A stretch of DNA of 64,000 bases from Candidatus Fimenecus sp. (GTDB lineage Bacteria > Bacillota > Clostridia > Oscillospirales > Acutalibacteraceae): NCBI GenBank assembly GCA_045602655.1, contig JAZSBY010000014.1:2384-66383 (forward strand), given 5' to 3'. The notes beneath the pieces were generated by a model. It worked only from the letters and a program-made list of their open reading frames with translations. It ran no database searches and was not told where the DNA came from. The translations under genes were made by a program, and so were the position numbers. Within the stretch, counting starts at the first letter, position 1. Every line of letters begins with the position of its first letter. Below, piece after piece: positions 9,508 to 18,844 of this stretch.

Positions 9508-9744
9508 GTGATAATTATGAGCAGATTAAAAGAATTGAGAAAAGAGCGTGGATATACACAAATCAAAATGCAAATGTTAACTGGCATTGACCAAAGCGAT
9601 TATTCAAAAATTGAGCGTGGCGTTAGATACTATACCTTTGAGCAATGCGTTAAAATTGCAAAAGCATTGAATACAAGCATGGATTATCTTGCAGGACTAA
9701 CAGACCAAAAGGAGCCATATCCACCGGCAAATAAAGCACAGTAA
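9508..9744 (+). CDS. XRE-family HTH transcriptional regulator (78 aa)
   Basis: HTH: YTQIKMQMLTGIDQSDYSKIERG. Confidence 0.85.
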   Translation: MIIMSRLKELRKERGYTQIKMQMLTGIDQSDYSKIERGVRYYTFEQCVKIAKALNTSMDYLAGLTDQKEPYPPANKAQ

Positions 9745-9746
9745 CA

Positions 9747-9780
9747 AAAAGGACGGTTCGTGATGAATCGTCCTTAAATT
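9747..9780. terminator. Bidirectional terminator (second identical copy of the 9314-9342 hairpin)
   Basis: Same 29-nt sequence aaaaggacggttcgtgatgaatcgtcctt. The a-run on its 5' side gives a T-run for the convergent minus-strand ybaK-like gene. Confidence 0.65.
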
Positions 9781-9800
9781 TTGCACTTTGCATTTTGCAC

Positions 9801-10271
9801 TTATTCAATTGGTTTTGAAACATCTACCCATTCTTTGTAGTTTGAGTATTTTTCAAGTTCCTCGATTGTGAGTTCAATAGCACTATTTGAGCCACCAACT
9901 GCAGGAAAGACAGTTTCGAATCGTTTCATTGACTCGTCAAGGTAAACATCTACACCGTCTTTTATACCGAACGGACAAACACCACCGATTTGGTGTCCTA
10001 CATATTCTTCAAGCTGTTCAGGTGACATCATTTTTGCTTTTGTGTGGAAAAATCCCTTATATTTTGAGTTATCAACCTTAACATCCCCTGCCATAAGGAT
10101 AAGAATTGGCTGTTCGCCCACCATAAATGAAAGAGTTTTTGCAATTCTTGCCCCCTCAACCCCAAGAGCTTGTGCTGCAAGGTCAACGGTGGCACTTGAA
10201 ACCTCAAATTCCTGAACCCTGTCTTCCATACCGAATTGACGGAAGTATTCTCTGCCTTTTTCAATGGACAT
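9801..10271 (-). CDS. YbaK/EbsC-family aminoacyl-tRNA deacylase-like protein
   Basis: YbaK-domain pattern (AKTLSFMVGEQPILILMAGD, GGVCPFG). Start moved to the Met at 10271. The longer ORF reads through a GC-rich repeat. Confidence 0.75.
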   Translation of the reverse strand: MSIEKGREYFRQFGMEDRVQEFEVSSATVDLAAQALGVEGARIAKTLSFMVGEQPILILMAGDVKVDNSKYKGFFHTKAKMMSPEQLEEYVGHQIGGVCPFGIKDGVDVYLDESMKRFETVFPAVGGSNSAIELTIEELEKYSNYKEWVDVSKPIE

Positions 10272-10305
10272 TTTTATCATTCCTTTTATAAAAATACGGT
10301 GAAGA

Positions 10306-10353
10306 ATCCCGCCACCGTCTTCGACGGTCCCCCCTCCCTTTGACAAGGGAGGC
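10306..10353. repeat. GC-rich double-hairpin intergenic repeat
   Basis: Hairpins accgtc-ttc-gacggt (10314-10328) and cctccctt-tgac-aagggagg (10333-10352). Same architecture as the 3' part of the 28352-28515 element. Confidence 0.55.
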
Positions 10354-10375
10354 ACGAAACCGTATTATTTAATCT

Positions 10376-11383
10376 TTAGTTAATTTCTGAAAGCTTAACA
10401 GGTCTGCCCTCATTTGCTGATTTTTCAGCAGCAAGAGCAATTTTAACTGACTGTAAACCTGCGTGAATACCAACAGGAGTTTCCTTGTTATTTACACAAC
10501 AGTCAACAAACTGTCTGACTTCCTCTGAGAATGAACCCATATATCTTTCAAGGAAGAAATAGAGTGGTTTTTCGCCTGTAACACCGTTTGCATCTGAAAC
10601 AACTGCAGTTGAAAGCGTATCGTTAGCAGTTGCAACCATACCCTTTGAACCGAAAAGTTCTGCTCTCTGGTCATAACCGTACATAGCTTGACGAGAATTG
10701 TCAATAACTGCAAGAGCACCGTTTTCCATCTTCATAGAAATAATTGCTGTATCGAAATCGCCATATTCACGGATACTCGGGTTAATCAGAGCATCTGCAT
10801 AAACATAAAGTTCTTCAACATCGCTGTTTGTAAGGAAGCAAGCCATATCAAAATCGTGAATTGTCATATCAAGGAAGATGCTTGCTGCACAATAGCCAAC
10901 AGGCGGTGCCTGTGGGTCACGAGATGTGATTTTAAGAATCTGTGCTTCACCGATTTTGCCTTCGTCATAAGCTTTACGAACTGCAGCAAAGTTATGGTCG
11001 AAACGACGGTTGAAACCTACCTGGAATTTGCATTCAGGATGTGCCTTGAGAGCATCTGCAATTTCAAGAATTTTATCAACTGTGTTTGCAAGTGGTTTTT
11101 CACAGAATACGTGTTTGCCGGCATTGATTGCTTCAATAGAAATTGGAGCATGTGTGTCAGTTGATGAGCAAACAAGAACTGCATCAATGTCTTTATCTTC
11201 AATGATTTTTGTATAATCTGTGTAGATTTTTTCTACACCAAAGCCTTCACAAAAAGCCTTTGTTTCATCGTTCATAAAGGGGTCAGCAATAGCAACAACT
11301 TCTGCACCCTTTACATGATATGTGATTGATTCAAGGTGAACTTTACCAATACGGCCAGCACCGATAATACCAATTTTAAGCAT
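10376..11383 (-). CDS. iolG: Inositol 2-dehydrogenase (Gfo/Idh/MocA family)
   Basis: Rossmann motif IGIIGAGRIGKVH and the EKPL motif, within the iol operon. Start at 11383 follows RBS aaaaaggag. Confidence 0.8.
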   Translation of the reverse strand: MLKIGIIGAGRIGKVHLESITYHVKGAEVVAIADPFMNDETKAFCEGFGVEKIYTDYTKIIEDKDIDAVLVCSSTDTHAPISIEAINAGKHVFCEKPLANTVDKILEIADALKAHPECKFQVGFNRRFDHNFAAVRKAYDEGKIGEAQILKITSRDPQAPPVGYCAASIFLDMTIHDFDMACFLTNSDVEELYVYADALINPSIREYGDFDTAIISMKMENGALAVIDNSRQAMYGYDQRAELFGSKGMVATANDTLSTAVVSDANGVTGEKPLYFFLERYMGSFSEEVRQFVDCCVNNKETPVGIHAGLQSVKIALAAEKSANEGRPVKLSEIN

Positions 11384-11410
11384 AATAATTTCTCCTTTTT
11401 CTGTATTAAC

Positions 11411-11434
11411 GCAGGCATGGAAGCCTGCCACTAC
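11411..11434. repeat. Short GC hairpin plus CACTAC tail
   Basis: gcaggc-atggaa-gcctgc followed by cactac. Same design as 13139-13164 and 25894-25917. Confidence 0.5.
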
Positions 11435-11504
11435 GCGATTATTGTTAATTTGTAGGGTTTTCTTGCAAGACAATGTGGTATAACCCTAAAAGATTTGTAG
11501 ATAA

Positions 11505-11580
11505 TTTTTCGTTAGACAAGGCACGGCAACGAAGGAATATGTGGATATTTCGAGTTGCCGTAACGCAGTATCACGGAAAA
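11505..11580. repeat. 76-nt member of the intercistronic repeat family
   Basis: Its ends tttttcgttagacaa ... gtatcacggaaaa match the ends of the 17733-17811 and 29300-29378 copies. The interior has diverged and contains cggcaac/gttgccg. Confidence 0.55.
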
Positions 11581-11590
11581 TTAGCACAAA

Positions 11591-13099
11591 TTAGATTGTG
11601 CCGTCCCAAGTTGAAACGGTTGTATTCTTCTTTTCTTCCTCATCAAACCAGTGCTGTGTAACTGCCTTTGATTCTGTGTAGAAACGGTATGCATCCTTGC
11701 CTAAGCAATGTAAATCACCAAAGAATGACTGCTTATGACCTGAGAATGGGAAGAAACCAACTGGTACAGGAATACCAACATTGATACCAACCTGACCACC
11801 GTCTGTGTAACGAGCAAACTGACGAGCCCAATAACCACTCTGTGTGTAAATAACAGAACCGTTTGCATAAGGGTTATCGTTCATAATCTTAAGACCCTCG
11901 TGGAAGTCCTTGCAACGCTTAATGCAAAGAACCGGTCCGAATACTTCTTCGTCACCGATTGTCATATCAGCTGTAACCTTATCAAAGATTGTAGGTCCGA
12001 TGAAGTAACCGTTTTCGTAGCCTTCAACTTTAACATCACGACCGTCAAGAACAAGTTCTGCACCCTCGTCAATACCCTTCTGAATATCAGCAAGAACTTC
12101 TTCATAATGTTTCTTATACGTAATAGGTCCGAGTTTTGATGTCTTTTCCCAAGATGGACCAACCTTAATATTCTTTGCTTGTTTAACAAGCTCTGCAACA
12201 AACTTATCTGCGATTGCTTCTTCAACAACACAGCAAGTGAGAGCCATACAACGCTGACCTGCACAGCCGTAAGCAGAGTTGATAACACCTGCAACTGTTC
12301 TTTCGAGTGCACAGTCTGACATAACCAAAGCGTGGTTTTTAGCCTGAGTAAGAGCCTGACAACGCTTACCTGCTGCAGCTGCACGAGAATAAACCTTAAG
12401 GCCAACAGGAGTTGAACCAACAAATGTGATACCCTTAACATCAGGGTGGTCAAGAATTGTATTTACTTCGTTTCTTGAGCAAGTGATAACATTGATAACA
12501 CCGTCAGGAACGCCTGCTTCTTTATAAATTGCAGCAAATTTCATTGCTGTTTTTGGTGTAAGAGATGCTGCTTTGAGGACCATTGTATTACCTGTTGCAA
12601 TACAAGTCGGAGCCATCCAACCAAACGGAATCATTGCAGGAAAGTTAACAGGAACGATACCTGCGAATACACCAAGAGGCTCACGATATTTAACTGTGTC
12701 ATAACCGCTTGAAGCATCCATAAGGCTTTCACCCATCATAAGAGATGGAACATGAGTTGCAAGTTCTGTACCCTCTTTTGCTTTAAGAACATCACCTTCT
12801 GCTTCGCCCCAGACTTTACCGTTTTCACAAGCAACGCACATTGTAAGTTCTTCCATATCACGGATAATAAGTTCACGGATTTTATAAAGAATCTGTGCTC
12901 TCTTGATTGCAGGAGTTGCTCTCCAACCCGGATATGCTTTCTTTGCAGCCTCGATTGCTTCAAGAACTTCATCATTTGTACAGCAAGGTGCTTGTCCTAC
13001 AACTTCACCTGTGCTTGGATTGTGAAGGTCATACCAAACATCTGTTTTTGAATCTTTGAACTGACCGTTCACGAAATATTGTAATTTTTCTACTGCCAT
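11591..13099 (-). CDS. iolA: Methylmalonate-semialdehyde dehydrogenase (CoA-acylating)
   Basis: Aldehyde dehydrogenase family, 502 aa, with the catalytic Cys region GQRCMA. Lies in the iol operon. Confidence 0.85.
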   Translation of the reverse strand: MAVEKLQYFVNGQFKDSKTDVWYDLHNPSTGEVVGQAPCCTNDEVLEAIEAAKKAYPGWRATPAIKRAQILYKIRELIIRDMEELTMCVACENGKVWGEAEGDVLKAKEGTELATHVPSLMMGESLMDASSGYDTVKYREPLGVFAGIVPVNFPAMIPFGWMAPTCIATGNTMVLKAASLTPKTAMKFAAIYKEAGVPDGVINVITCSRNEVNTILDHPDVKGITFVGSTPVGLKVYSRAAAAGKRCQALTQAKNHALVMSDCALERTVAGVINSAYGCAGQRCMALTCCVVEEAIADKFVAELVKQAKNIKVGPSWEKTSKLGPITYKKHYEEVLADIQKGIDEGAELVLDGRDVKVEGYENGYFIGPTIFDKVTADMTIGDEEVFGPVLCIKRCKDFHEGLKIMNDNPYANGSVIYTQSGYWARQFARYTDGGQVGINVGIPVPVGFFPFSGHKQSFFGDLHCLGKDAYRFYTESKAVTQHWFDEEEKKNTTVSTWDGTI

Positions 13100-13138
13100 T
13101 TTACTTTCTCCTTAATTGGATTGATTGTTTATTTCTTC

Positions 13139-13164
13139 GGGCAGGCACGAAGACCTGCCCCTAC
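13139..13164. repeat. Short GC hairpin plus CTAC tail
   Basis: gggcagg-cacgaaga-cctgccc followed by ctac, in the 73-nt iolE-iolA spacer. Confidence 0.5.
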
Positions 13165-13172
13165 ATTTCTAA

Positions 13173-14066
13173 TTATAAACCAGAAACCTCATTGATGTAT
13201 TTACGAGCTTTTAAAGCGTACTCGAATGGGTTAGCAATTGCAGGGTCCTGCTCTGCTTCAACAAGAACATATCCTTCATAGCCTGTTTCTTCAAGAACAT
13301 CGAAAACCGGTTTGAAGTCGATTACGCCGTCACCGGGAACTGTGAAAGCACCTGCACGAACACCCTGTAAGAAACTCATTTTTTCTGCCTTAACACGTGC
13401 CACAACATCGGGACGAATGTCTTTGAGATGTACATGACGGATTCTCTTTGCGTACTTTTTGAGAACTGCCATATAGTCTTCGCCACAATATGCAAGGTGT
13501 CCTGTGTCGAAAAGAAGACCGAAAAGTTCAGGGTCTGTGTTTTCCATCATTCTGTCGATTTCTGCTGCTGTCTGAACAACTGTACCCATGTGGTGATGGA
13601 AACAAAGTTGGATTCCCATATCTTTTGCAACTTTACCAAGTTTGTTAATGCCTGTGCAAAGCATATCCCATTCTTCGTCATTCATAACATATTTGTCATC
13701 AAAGATTGATTTGTCTGTGCCTTGAATTGAATGACCCTGTTCTGAAATACCAACAACCTTTGCACCCATTTCTTTAAGGAATGTGATATGCTCGATAAAG
13801 TCTTTTTCAACTTCTTCATAAGGTTTTGTAATAAGAAAACTTGAGAACCAAGCATTGCAAATCTGCATACCACGAAGTTCAAGAGCCTTTTTTAGAACCT
13901 TTGTATCTCTTGGGTACTTGTTACCAACTTCACAACCTGTGAAACCTGCAAGTGCCATTTCAGAAATACACTGTTCAAATGTGTTTTCTGCACCTAAACC
14001 AGGCATATCGTCATTTGTCCAAGCGATTGGTGCAATACCAAGTTTTACTTTGTTTTTATCAAGCAT
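13173..14066 (-). CDS. iolE: Inosose dehydratase
   Basis: The N-terminus [14 protein letters not shown] is typical of IolE. Start at 14066 follows RBS aaggag and overlaps the iolD stop. Confidence 0.85.
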   Translation of the reverse strand: MLDKNKVKLGIAPIAWTNDDMPGLGAENTFEQCISEMALAGFTGCEVGNKYPRDTKVLKKALELRGMQICNAWFSSFLITKPYEEVEKDFIEHITFLKEMGAKVVGISEQGHSIQGTDKSIFDDKYVMNDEEWDMLCTGINKLGKVAKDMGIQLCFHHHMGTVVQTAAEIDRMMENTDPELFGLLFDTGHLAYCGEDYMAVLKKYAKRIRHVHLKDIRPDVVARVKAEKMSFLQGVRAGAFTVPGDGVIDFKPVFDVLEETGYEGYVLVEAEQDPAIANPFEYALKARKYINEVSGL

Positions 14067-14067
14067 A

Positions 14068-15987
14068 TCAATATCTCCTTGCTTTATTTTTATTTTCTTC
14101 CTTCTCTGCGAAGGCATTGTTTACTTTTTCATTCTTTGAAACAGACGGAACACCCGTATGCCACCAAGCACCGTAGCCGTCGGTCATTGACTTTGGAAGA
14201 ACTTTAATGTCAATAAGTGTTGAAACAGTCTGTTTCTGTGAATCAATAAGAGCGAATTCCAATTCTTCCATTGTTTTTGCTGTGTATGTCTTACAACCAT
14301 AAGCTGCAGCTGCCATGGCAAAGTCAATTGGAATAAGGTCACCTAAAAGTTCACCATTGTCATCTCTGTAACGGAACTCTGTTGCAAGATTACCGATGCC
14401 GTTTGACATCTGAAGATTGTTAATACAACCGAAACCGCTGTTATCAAAAAGAAGAACATTGATTTTCTTGTTCTCTTGAATTGATGTAACAAGTTCAGAA
14501 TGAAGCATTAAGTAACTACCGTCACCACACATTGCATAGGATTCACATTCAGGATGAGCCATCTTACTACCCAATGCACCTGCGATTTCATAACCCATGC
14601 AGGAATAACCATATTCCATATTGTATGAATAACGGCTGTCAGATGTCCACATTCTCTGAAGACATCCCGGAAGCGAACCTGCTGCACCTGTGCAAAGAGC
14701 ATCTGCAGGAATGAGTTTACGGATAAGTGCAATAGCTGAGGTCTGTGTAATCACACCACCGATTTTTTCAACAAATTCAGGGATTGTCTTTTCATCACGA
14801 GCAGCGATAAGTGGCTTAAAATTCTCATCGTAGTTATAGTTTGCAAGGAATTCCATTTCCTTATCCCAACCGTCTTTAGCATCCTTAATTTCTGTTGTGT
14901 ATGTTGATTTATAACCTGCTTTGCGAAGTTCATCACCTAAAGCGAGGATACCAAGCTTAGCATCTGCAACCATTTTAACTGCATCGAGTTTATAAGCATC
15001 AAAACGGGATGTGTTAATTGTTACCATCTTAACATCGTCTTTGAAAAGTGATTTTGAAGCAGTTGTAAAGTCAGAGAAACGAGTACCGATACCGATTACC
15101 ACATCCGCATCTTTTGCCATTACATTACCTGCTGAATTACCTGTAACACCAAGGCCACCAAGGTTATATTTGTCTGATGAAAGACAAGCAGTTTTACCAC
15201 TCTGTGTTTCTGCGAAAGGAATGTTGAATTCTGCACAGAACTTTTCAAGAGTTTCGCCTGCTTCTGAATAACGAACACCGCCACCACAGATTACAAGAGG
15301 TTTTTTAGCGTTTTTAACAACATCTACAACATCCTGGAGTTCTTCTGTTGCCACCGGCATACGAACAATTTTATGTACTCTCTTTGCGAAGAATGAATCG
15401 GGGTAATCATAGCTTTCACCCTCAACATCCTGACAAAGACAAATTGCAACTGCACCTGCATTTGCTGTATCCGTCAATGCTCTCATAGCGTTCATCATCG
15501 CAGACATTAACTGTTCAGGACGACTGATTCTGTCCCAGTATCTTGTAACTGCCTTGTAAGCATCATTTGTTGTTGTTGCAAGTGAATTCTCCTGCTCAAA
15601 CTGCTGAAGAACAGGGTCGGGCTGACGAGTTGAGAATGTGTCGGCAGGGAACAAAAGAAGTGGCACATTGTTAACAGTTGCAGTTGCTGCTGCAGTAATC
15701 ATATTAGCAGCACCGGGACCTATGGAAGATGCACAAGCGATAATCTTTCTTCTGTTGTTCATCTTTGCAAAGGCTGTTGCAACATGTGCCATACCCTGCT
15801 CATTTTTGCCCTGATACACCTTGAGTCCTCCCTTGTCAGAGTCAAGTGCTTCACCAAGTCCTAAAACAATACCGTGACCGAAAACCGTAAAAATTCCGTC
15901 AACGAACTTTGTTTCAACACCGTCAAATGACACATACTGATTGTCAAGGAATTTAACAAGTGCCTGAGCCATTGTCATTTTTGCCAT
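14068..15987 (-). CDS. iolD: 3D-(3,5/4)-trihydroxycyclohexane-1,2-dione acylhydrolase (ThDP enzyme)
   Basis: N-terminus [17 protein letters not shown]...FGHG and a ThDP-binding GDGSYLM motif. 639 aa. Confidence 0.9.
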   Translation of the reverse strand: MAKMTMAQALVKFLDNQYVSFDGVETKFVDGIFTVFGHGIVLGLGEALDSDKGGLKVYQGKNEQGMAHVATAFAKMNNRRKIIACASSIGPGAANMITAAATATVNNVPLLLFPADTFSTRQPDPVLQQFEQENSLATTTNDAYKAVTRYWDRISRPEQLMSAMMNAMRALTDTANAGAVAICLCQDVEGESYDYPDSFFAKRVHKIVRMPVATEELQDVVDVVKNAKKPLVICGGGVRYSEAGETLEKFCAEFNIPFAETQSGKTACLSSDKYNLGGLGVTGNSAGNVMAKDADVVIGIGTRFSDFTTASKSLFKDDVKMVTINTSRFDAYKLDAVKMVADAKLGILALGDELRKAGYKSTYTTEIKDAKDGWDKEMEFLANYNYDENFKPLIAARDEKTIPEFVEKIGGVITQTSAIALIRKLIPADALCTGAAGSLPGCLQRMWTSDSRYSYNMEYGYSCMGYEIAGALGSKMAHPECESYAMCGDGSYLMLHSELVTSIQENKKINVLLFDNSGFGCINNLQMSNGIGNLATEFRYRDDNGELLGDLIPIDFAMAAAAYGCKTYTAKTMEELEFALIDSQKQTVSTLIDIKVLPKSMTDGYGAWWHTGVPSVSKNEKVNNAFAEKEENKNKARRY

Positions 15988-16201
15988 AATATCACCTCTA
16001 TAAAATATCCAATAACTTATATTTTTTATTATTTAGTAACTGCTGAATAAATTGTGGTATGCGAATTAACGAGATAAATTTTAAAGAAATTTGTTATTAA
16101 ACCGTAGGTAATACTTTGTGTATTGCCGAGGATTTAGGGACAAATTTATAAAAAATTAGCCGTTAAGTCAAATGCCTAAAATTTATGAGGTAGTTACCTT
16201 T

Positions 16202-16969
16202 TTATACATCAAGGAGCCACTTGTGCTCCGGAGCATCTATTCGTGTTTTAATCCAAGGGTCGCCATCAAGATGCCTAATCATCCACACATAGCACATTGA
16301 GTAGCCCGGCGCAGCAACCTGCTGGTGTGTTTTCATTGGTGTGATACAAAGTACACCTTGGTCTTCAACTTTGTAGCAGTCATCACCATTAAAGCCTACA
16401 CCAAATCCCTGTGGTTTATCGAATTCATAATAATAAACTTCGGGTTGTGGATGATAATGTGGTGGATAACTTGACCAGCAACCCGGTTTATGGATAACCT
16501 CACCTAAAACCATATTTGAATATGGTGCATTTTCATAATCAAAGAGAGTCAGCACCTGACGGTGTGCAGTGCCGTTCCACTGGTCCTTGCCAAACTCCTG
16601 AAGAATTACATTTTCAGGGCTGTACCAGACGAAGCCGAAATCATTTTCATTATCTGTCTGCTGAATGAGAATTCTTGAATCTGCATTTGCAGTAACAGTA
16701 ACTGTGTTATTCTTTGAAAAATGAACACAATATGGTCTGTCAGCAAACTGATTCTTTCTTTTTGCATTCACTGTTTTACCGTCAAAGTTATATGTTACAT
16801 CACCTGAAAGCAAAAGAATTGCAGTTTCGTTATTCTCGTCGCAGATTGTAACACTCTCACCTGTTTTGAGAATTTTTGTTTTGATGTTCATGAGCATATC
16901 AGCATTTTTGCCATTCATCTCACAAAGGATTTTTTCGTTGTTTACATCAAATTTTGGATTTTCGTACAT
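16202..16969 (-). CDS. iolB: 5-deoxy-glucuronate isomerase
   Basis: Cupin-type protein of about 255 aa (YPPHYH motif), sitting between iolC and iolD. Confidence 0.8.
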   Translation of the reverse strand: MYENPKFDVNNEKILCEMNGKNADMLMNIKTKILKTGESVTICDENNETAILLLSGDVTYNFDGKTVNAKRKNQFADRPYCVHFSKNNTVTVTANADSRILIQQTDNENDFGFVWYSPENVILQEFGKDQWNGTAHRQVLTLFDYENAPYSNMVLGEVIHKPGCWSSYPPHYHPQPEVYYYEFDKPQGFGVGFNGDDCYKVEDQGVLCITPMKTHQQVAAPGYSMCYVWMIRHLDGDPWIKTRIDAPEHKWLLDV

Positions 16970-16985
16970 ATTATCACCTGTCTGT

Positions 16986-17684
16986 TTATACTTTATCTTT
17001 ATCGTCAGTTAACGAACCGCTTGCACTTATTGGTATTGCCTCACCTAAATATGTTGGTTCGGGTTCTACTATACAATAAAAGAAATCTTTTACTCTTGCC
17101 AATGCCTCACGGACATCGTTGTGAATGGGATATTCCAATCTGTCAGCTGCGAAACCGTAAGCGTCAATTCCAAGCTTTCTCGCATTATAAACTGCACGAT
17201 ATAAATGATATTTTTGAGTGACAATTACCATTTTTTCAACTTGGAAGATATCTCTTGCTCTATACATTGATTCATAAGTTGAGAAACCTGCGTGGTCCAT
17301 AAAGACATTGTCGGCAAGAACACCATTCTCTGTTGCAACCTCTTTCATTTTGTTGACTTCGTCATATTCTTTTCTGCCGTGGTCACCACTCATAAGCAGT
17401 TTTTCTGAACATCCTGTTTCGTAGGCTTTAAGACCAAAGTCGAGTCTTTCCTGGAGCATTGGTGACGGCTCACCATCCCAAAGACCTGCACCCAAAACCA
17501 TTATGCAGTCAAAATTTTCATTTTTCAGGTCTTCTTCTGTTAAAATGTAGTCTCCGACATAAGAAATCATATAGGCGTTAATGCCCACAACGGCTACCCC
17601 ACCGAGCAAACAAGCACAAAGAATTGTAATTATTACCCCTTTTAATACTTTGTTTTTTAATAATTTCTTAATCATCATATTCAC
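16986..17684 (-). CDS. SanA/YdcF (DUF218) family membrane-anchored protein
   Basis: N-terminal TM helix followed by a DUF218 pattern (IMVLGAG...SGDHG...). Confidence 0.7.
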   Translation of the reverse strand: MNMMIKKLLKNKVLKGVIITILCACLLGGVAVVGINAYMISYVGDYILTEEDLKNENFDCIMVLGAGLWDGEPSPMLQERLDFGLKAYETGCSEKLLMSGDHGRKEYDEVNKMKEVATENGVLADNVFMDHAGFSTYESMYRARDIFQVEKMVIVTQKYHLYRAVYNARKLGIDAYGFAADRLEYPIHNDVREALARVKDFFYCIVEPEPTYLGEAIPISASGSLTDDKDKV

Positions 17685-17732
17685 CGATTTAATTAAAACA
17701 ATTTCTAATGGAACACATTATTTTTGAGCAGA

Positions 17733-17811
17733 TTTTTCGTAAGACAATGTTGCCGAGGTGAAGTTGTATCGGGTATACCACGAACCGAAAGCAACGAAGT
17801 ATTACGGAAAA
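17733..17811. repeat. 79-nt intercistronic repeat, copy A
   Basis: 68 of 79 positions are identical to 29300-29378. It has a 10-bp closing stem and an internal GGTATACC palindrome at 17772-17779. Confidence 0.7.
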
Positions 17812-17825
17812 GATGCCAAAAAGAA

Positions 17826-18842
17826 TCAAGCACGAGCTATCATTTCGCCATATTCTTCTTTTTCTTTTTTGATAAATTCTTTAACAGCATCAACTGTTGG
17901 CATATCCTGTGAGCAAGCGTGACTTGCTACAAGCATAGCAGCAGAAGCAGAACCGAATTCAAGTGCATCAATAATCTCCCAGCCTTCAAAAATACCGTAA
18001 AGGAACGCACTTGCATATCCGTCGCCACCACCGAAGGATTTAAGAAGTTTTACCGGGAATGGCTTGATTGAATAACTTTCTCCATCATTTGTATATGCTG
18101 TTGAGCCTTCTTTTCCGTGTTTGATGATTACTATTTTAGCATTCTGTGAGTGCCAGTATGCTGCAGACTCTTTGTCAGTCATACCAACCTTGATGAATTT
18201 CTCTGTAAGGTCATATTCTTCACGAGAACCAAGAATAATGTCAGCTTCACGAGCAACTGAAGAATAGTAAATTGCGATTTCATCACTATTTTTCCAGTTG
18301 TATGCACGATAGTCAATGTCAAAAATTACAGGCACTCCGTTTTTCTTTGCCAATGCAACTGCTTTGAGAGCTGCTTCTCTTGACGGACTCTCTGCAAGGG
18401 CAGTACCGGAAATGAGAATTGCCTTTGCTTTGTTAATATATTCTTCGTCAATGTCAGCAACATCTAATTTGAGGTCTGCAGCCTCGTTACGATACATAAC
18501 GATTGAGCTTTCTGTTTCAGACTTGATTTCTGTAAATGTAAGTCCGATTTTTTCGCCATTTTCGCAACGCTTGATATGAGAAATATCAATGCCCTCATTT
18601 GCAAAATAATCAGTCACGAATGTGCCGAGTTGGTCATCAGAAACTCTTGCAAAAAAACCGCATTTTTTTCCAAGACGAGCAAGACCAACTGCAATATTTG
18701 CAGGTGAGCCACCTAAATATCTTTTAAATGTTGTGCTTTCATTAAGTGGACAATAATAGTCAACAGGGTTTAAGTCAACTGCCACTCTGCCTAAAAGGAT
18801 TAAGTCAAATTCTTTGTTGTTGTCAAATTCAATGTATTTCAT
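17826..18842 (-). CDS. iolC: 5-dehydro-2-deoxygluconokinase (PfkB family)
   Basis: PfkB ribokinase-like motifs (GGSPANIAVG, GGGDGYASAF) in the iol operon. Start may be 18842 or 18848. Confidence 0.85.
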   Translation of the reverse strand: MKYIEFDNNKEFDLILLGRVAVDLNPVDYYCPLNESTTFKRYLGGSPANIAVGLARLGKKCGFFARVSDDQLGTFVTDYFANEGIDISHIKRCENGEKIGLTFTEIKSETESSIVMYRNEAADLKLDVADIDEEYINKAKAILISGTALAESPSREAALKAVALAKKNGVPVIFDIDYRAYNWKNSDEIAIYYSSVAREADIILGSREEYDLTEKFIKVGMTDKESAAYWHSQNAKIVIIKHGKEGSTAYTNDGESYSIKPFPVKLLKSFGGGDGYASAFLYGIFEGWEIIDALEFGSASAAMLVASHACSQDMPTVDAVKEFIKKEKEEYGEMIARA

Positions 18843-18844
18843 AA

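Noticed and set aside
8421-9800. Prophage or integrative-element interpretation of the XRE islet (likewise for 53901-54570)
   Set aside because: There is no integrase, recombinase, phage structural gene, tRNA target or direct-repeat att sites beyond the duplicated hairpin. I report these only as small accessory cassettes.
9779-9803. Short tttgcac-type repetition after the second hairpin
   Set aside because: It has only about three imperfect 7-8-nt units and overlaps the ybaK-like stop codon. That is too short to call a repeat feature.
15988-16201. Possible further copy of the 79-nt repeat in the iolD-iolB spacer
   Set aside because: Only short matches are present (ttgccgagg, attgtggtat) and the conserved ends tttttcg/cggaaaa are absent. 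I left it unassigned as a long AT-rich spacer.
17724-17912. Short + strand ORFs at 17724-17912, 29316-29498, 11473-11661 and 28301-28495
   Set aside because: They start inside the intergenic repeat elements and run antisense into real genes. The similar peptides simply reflect the repeated DNA.
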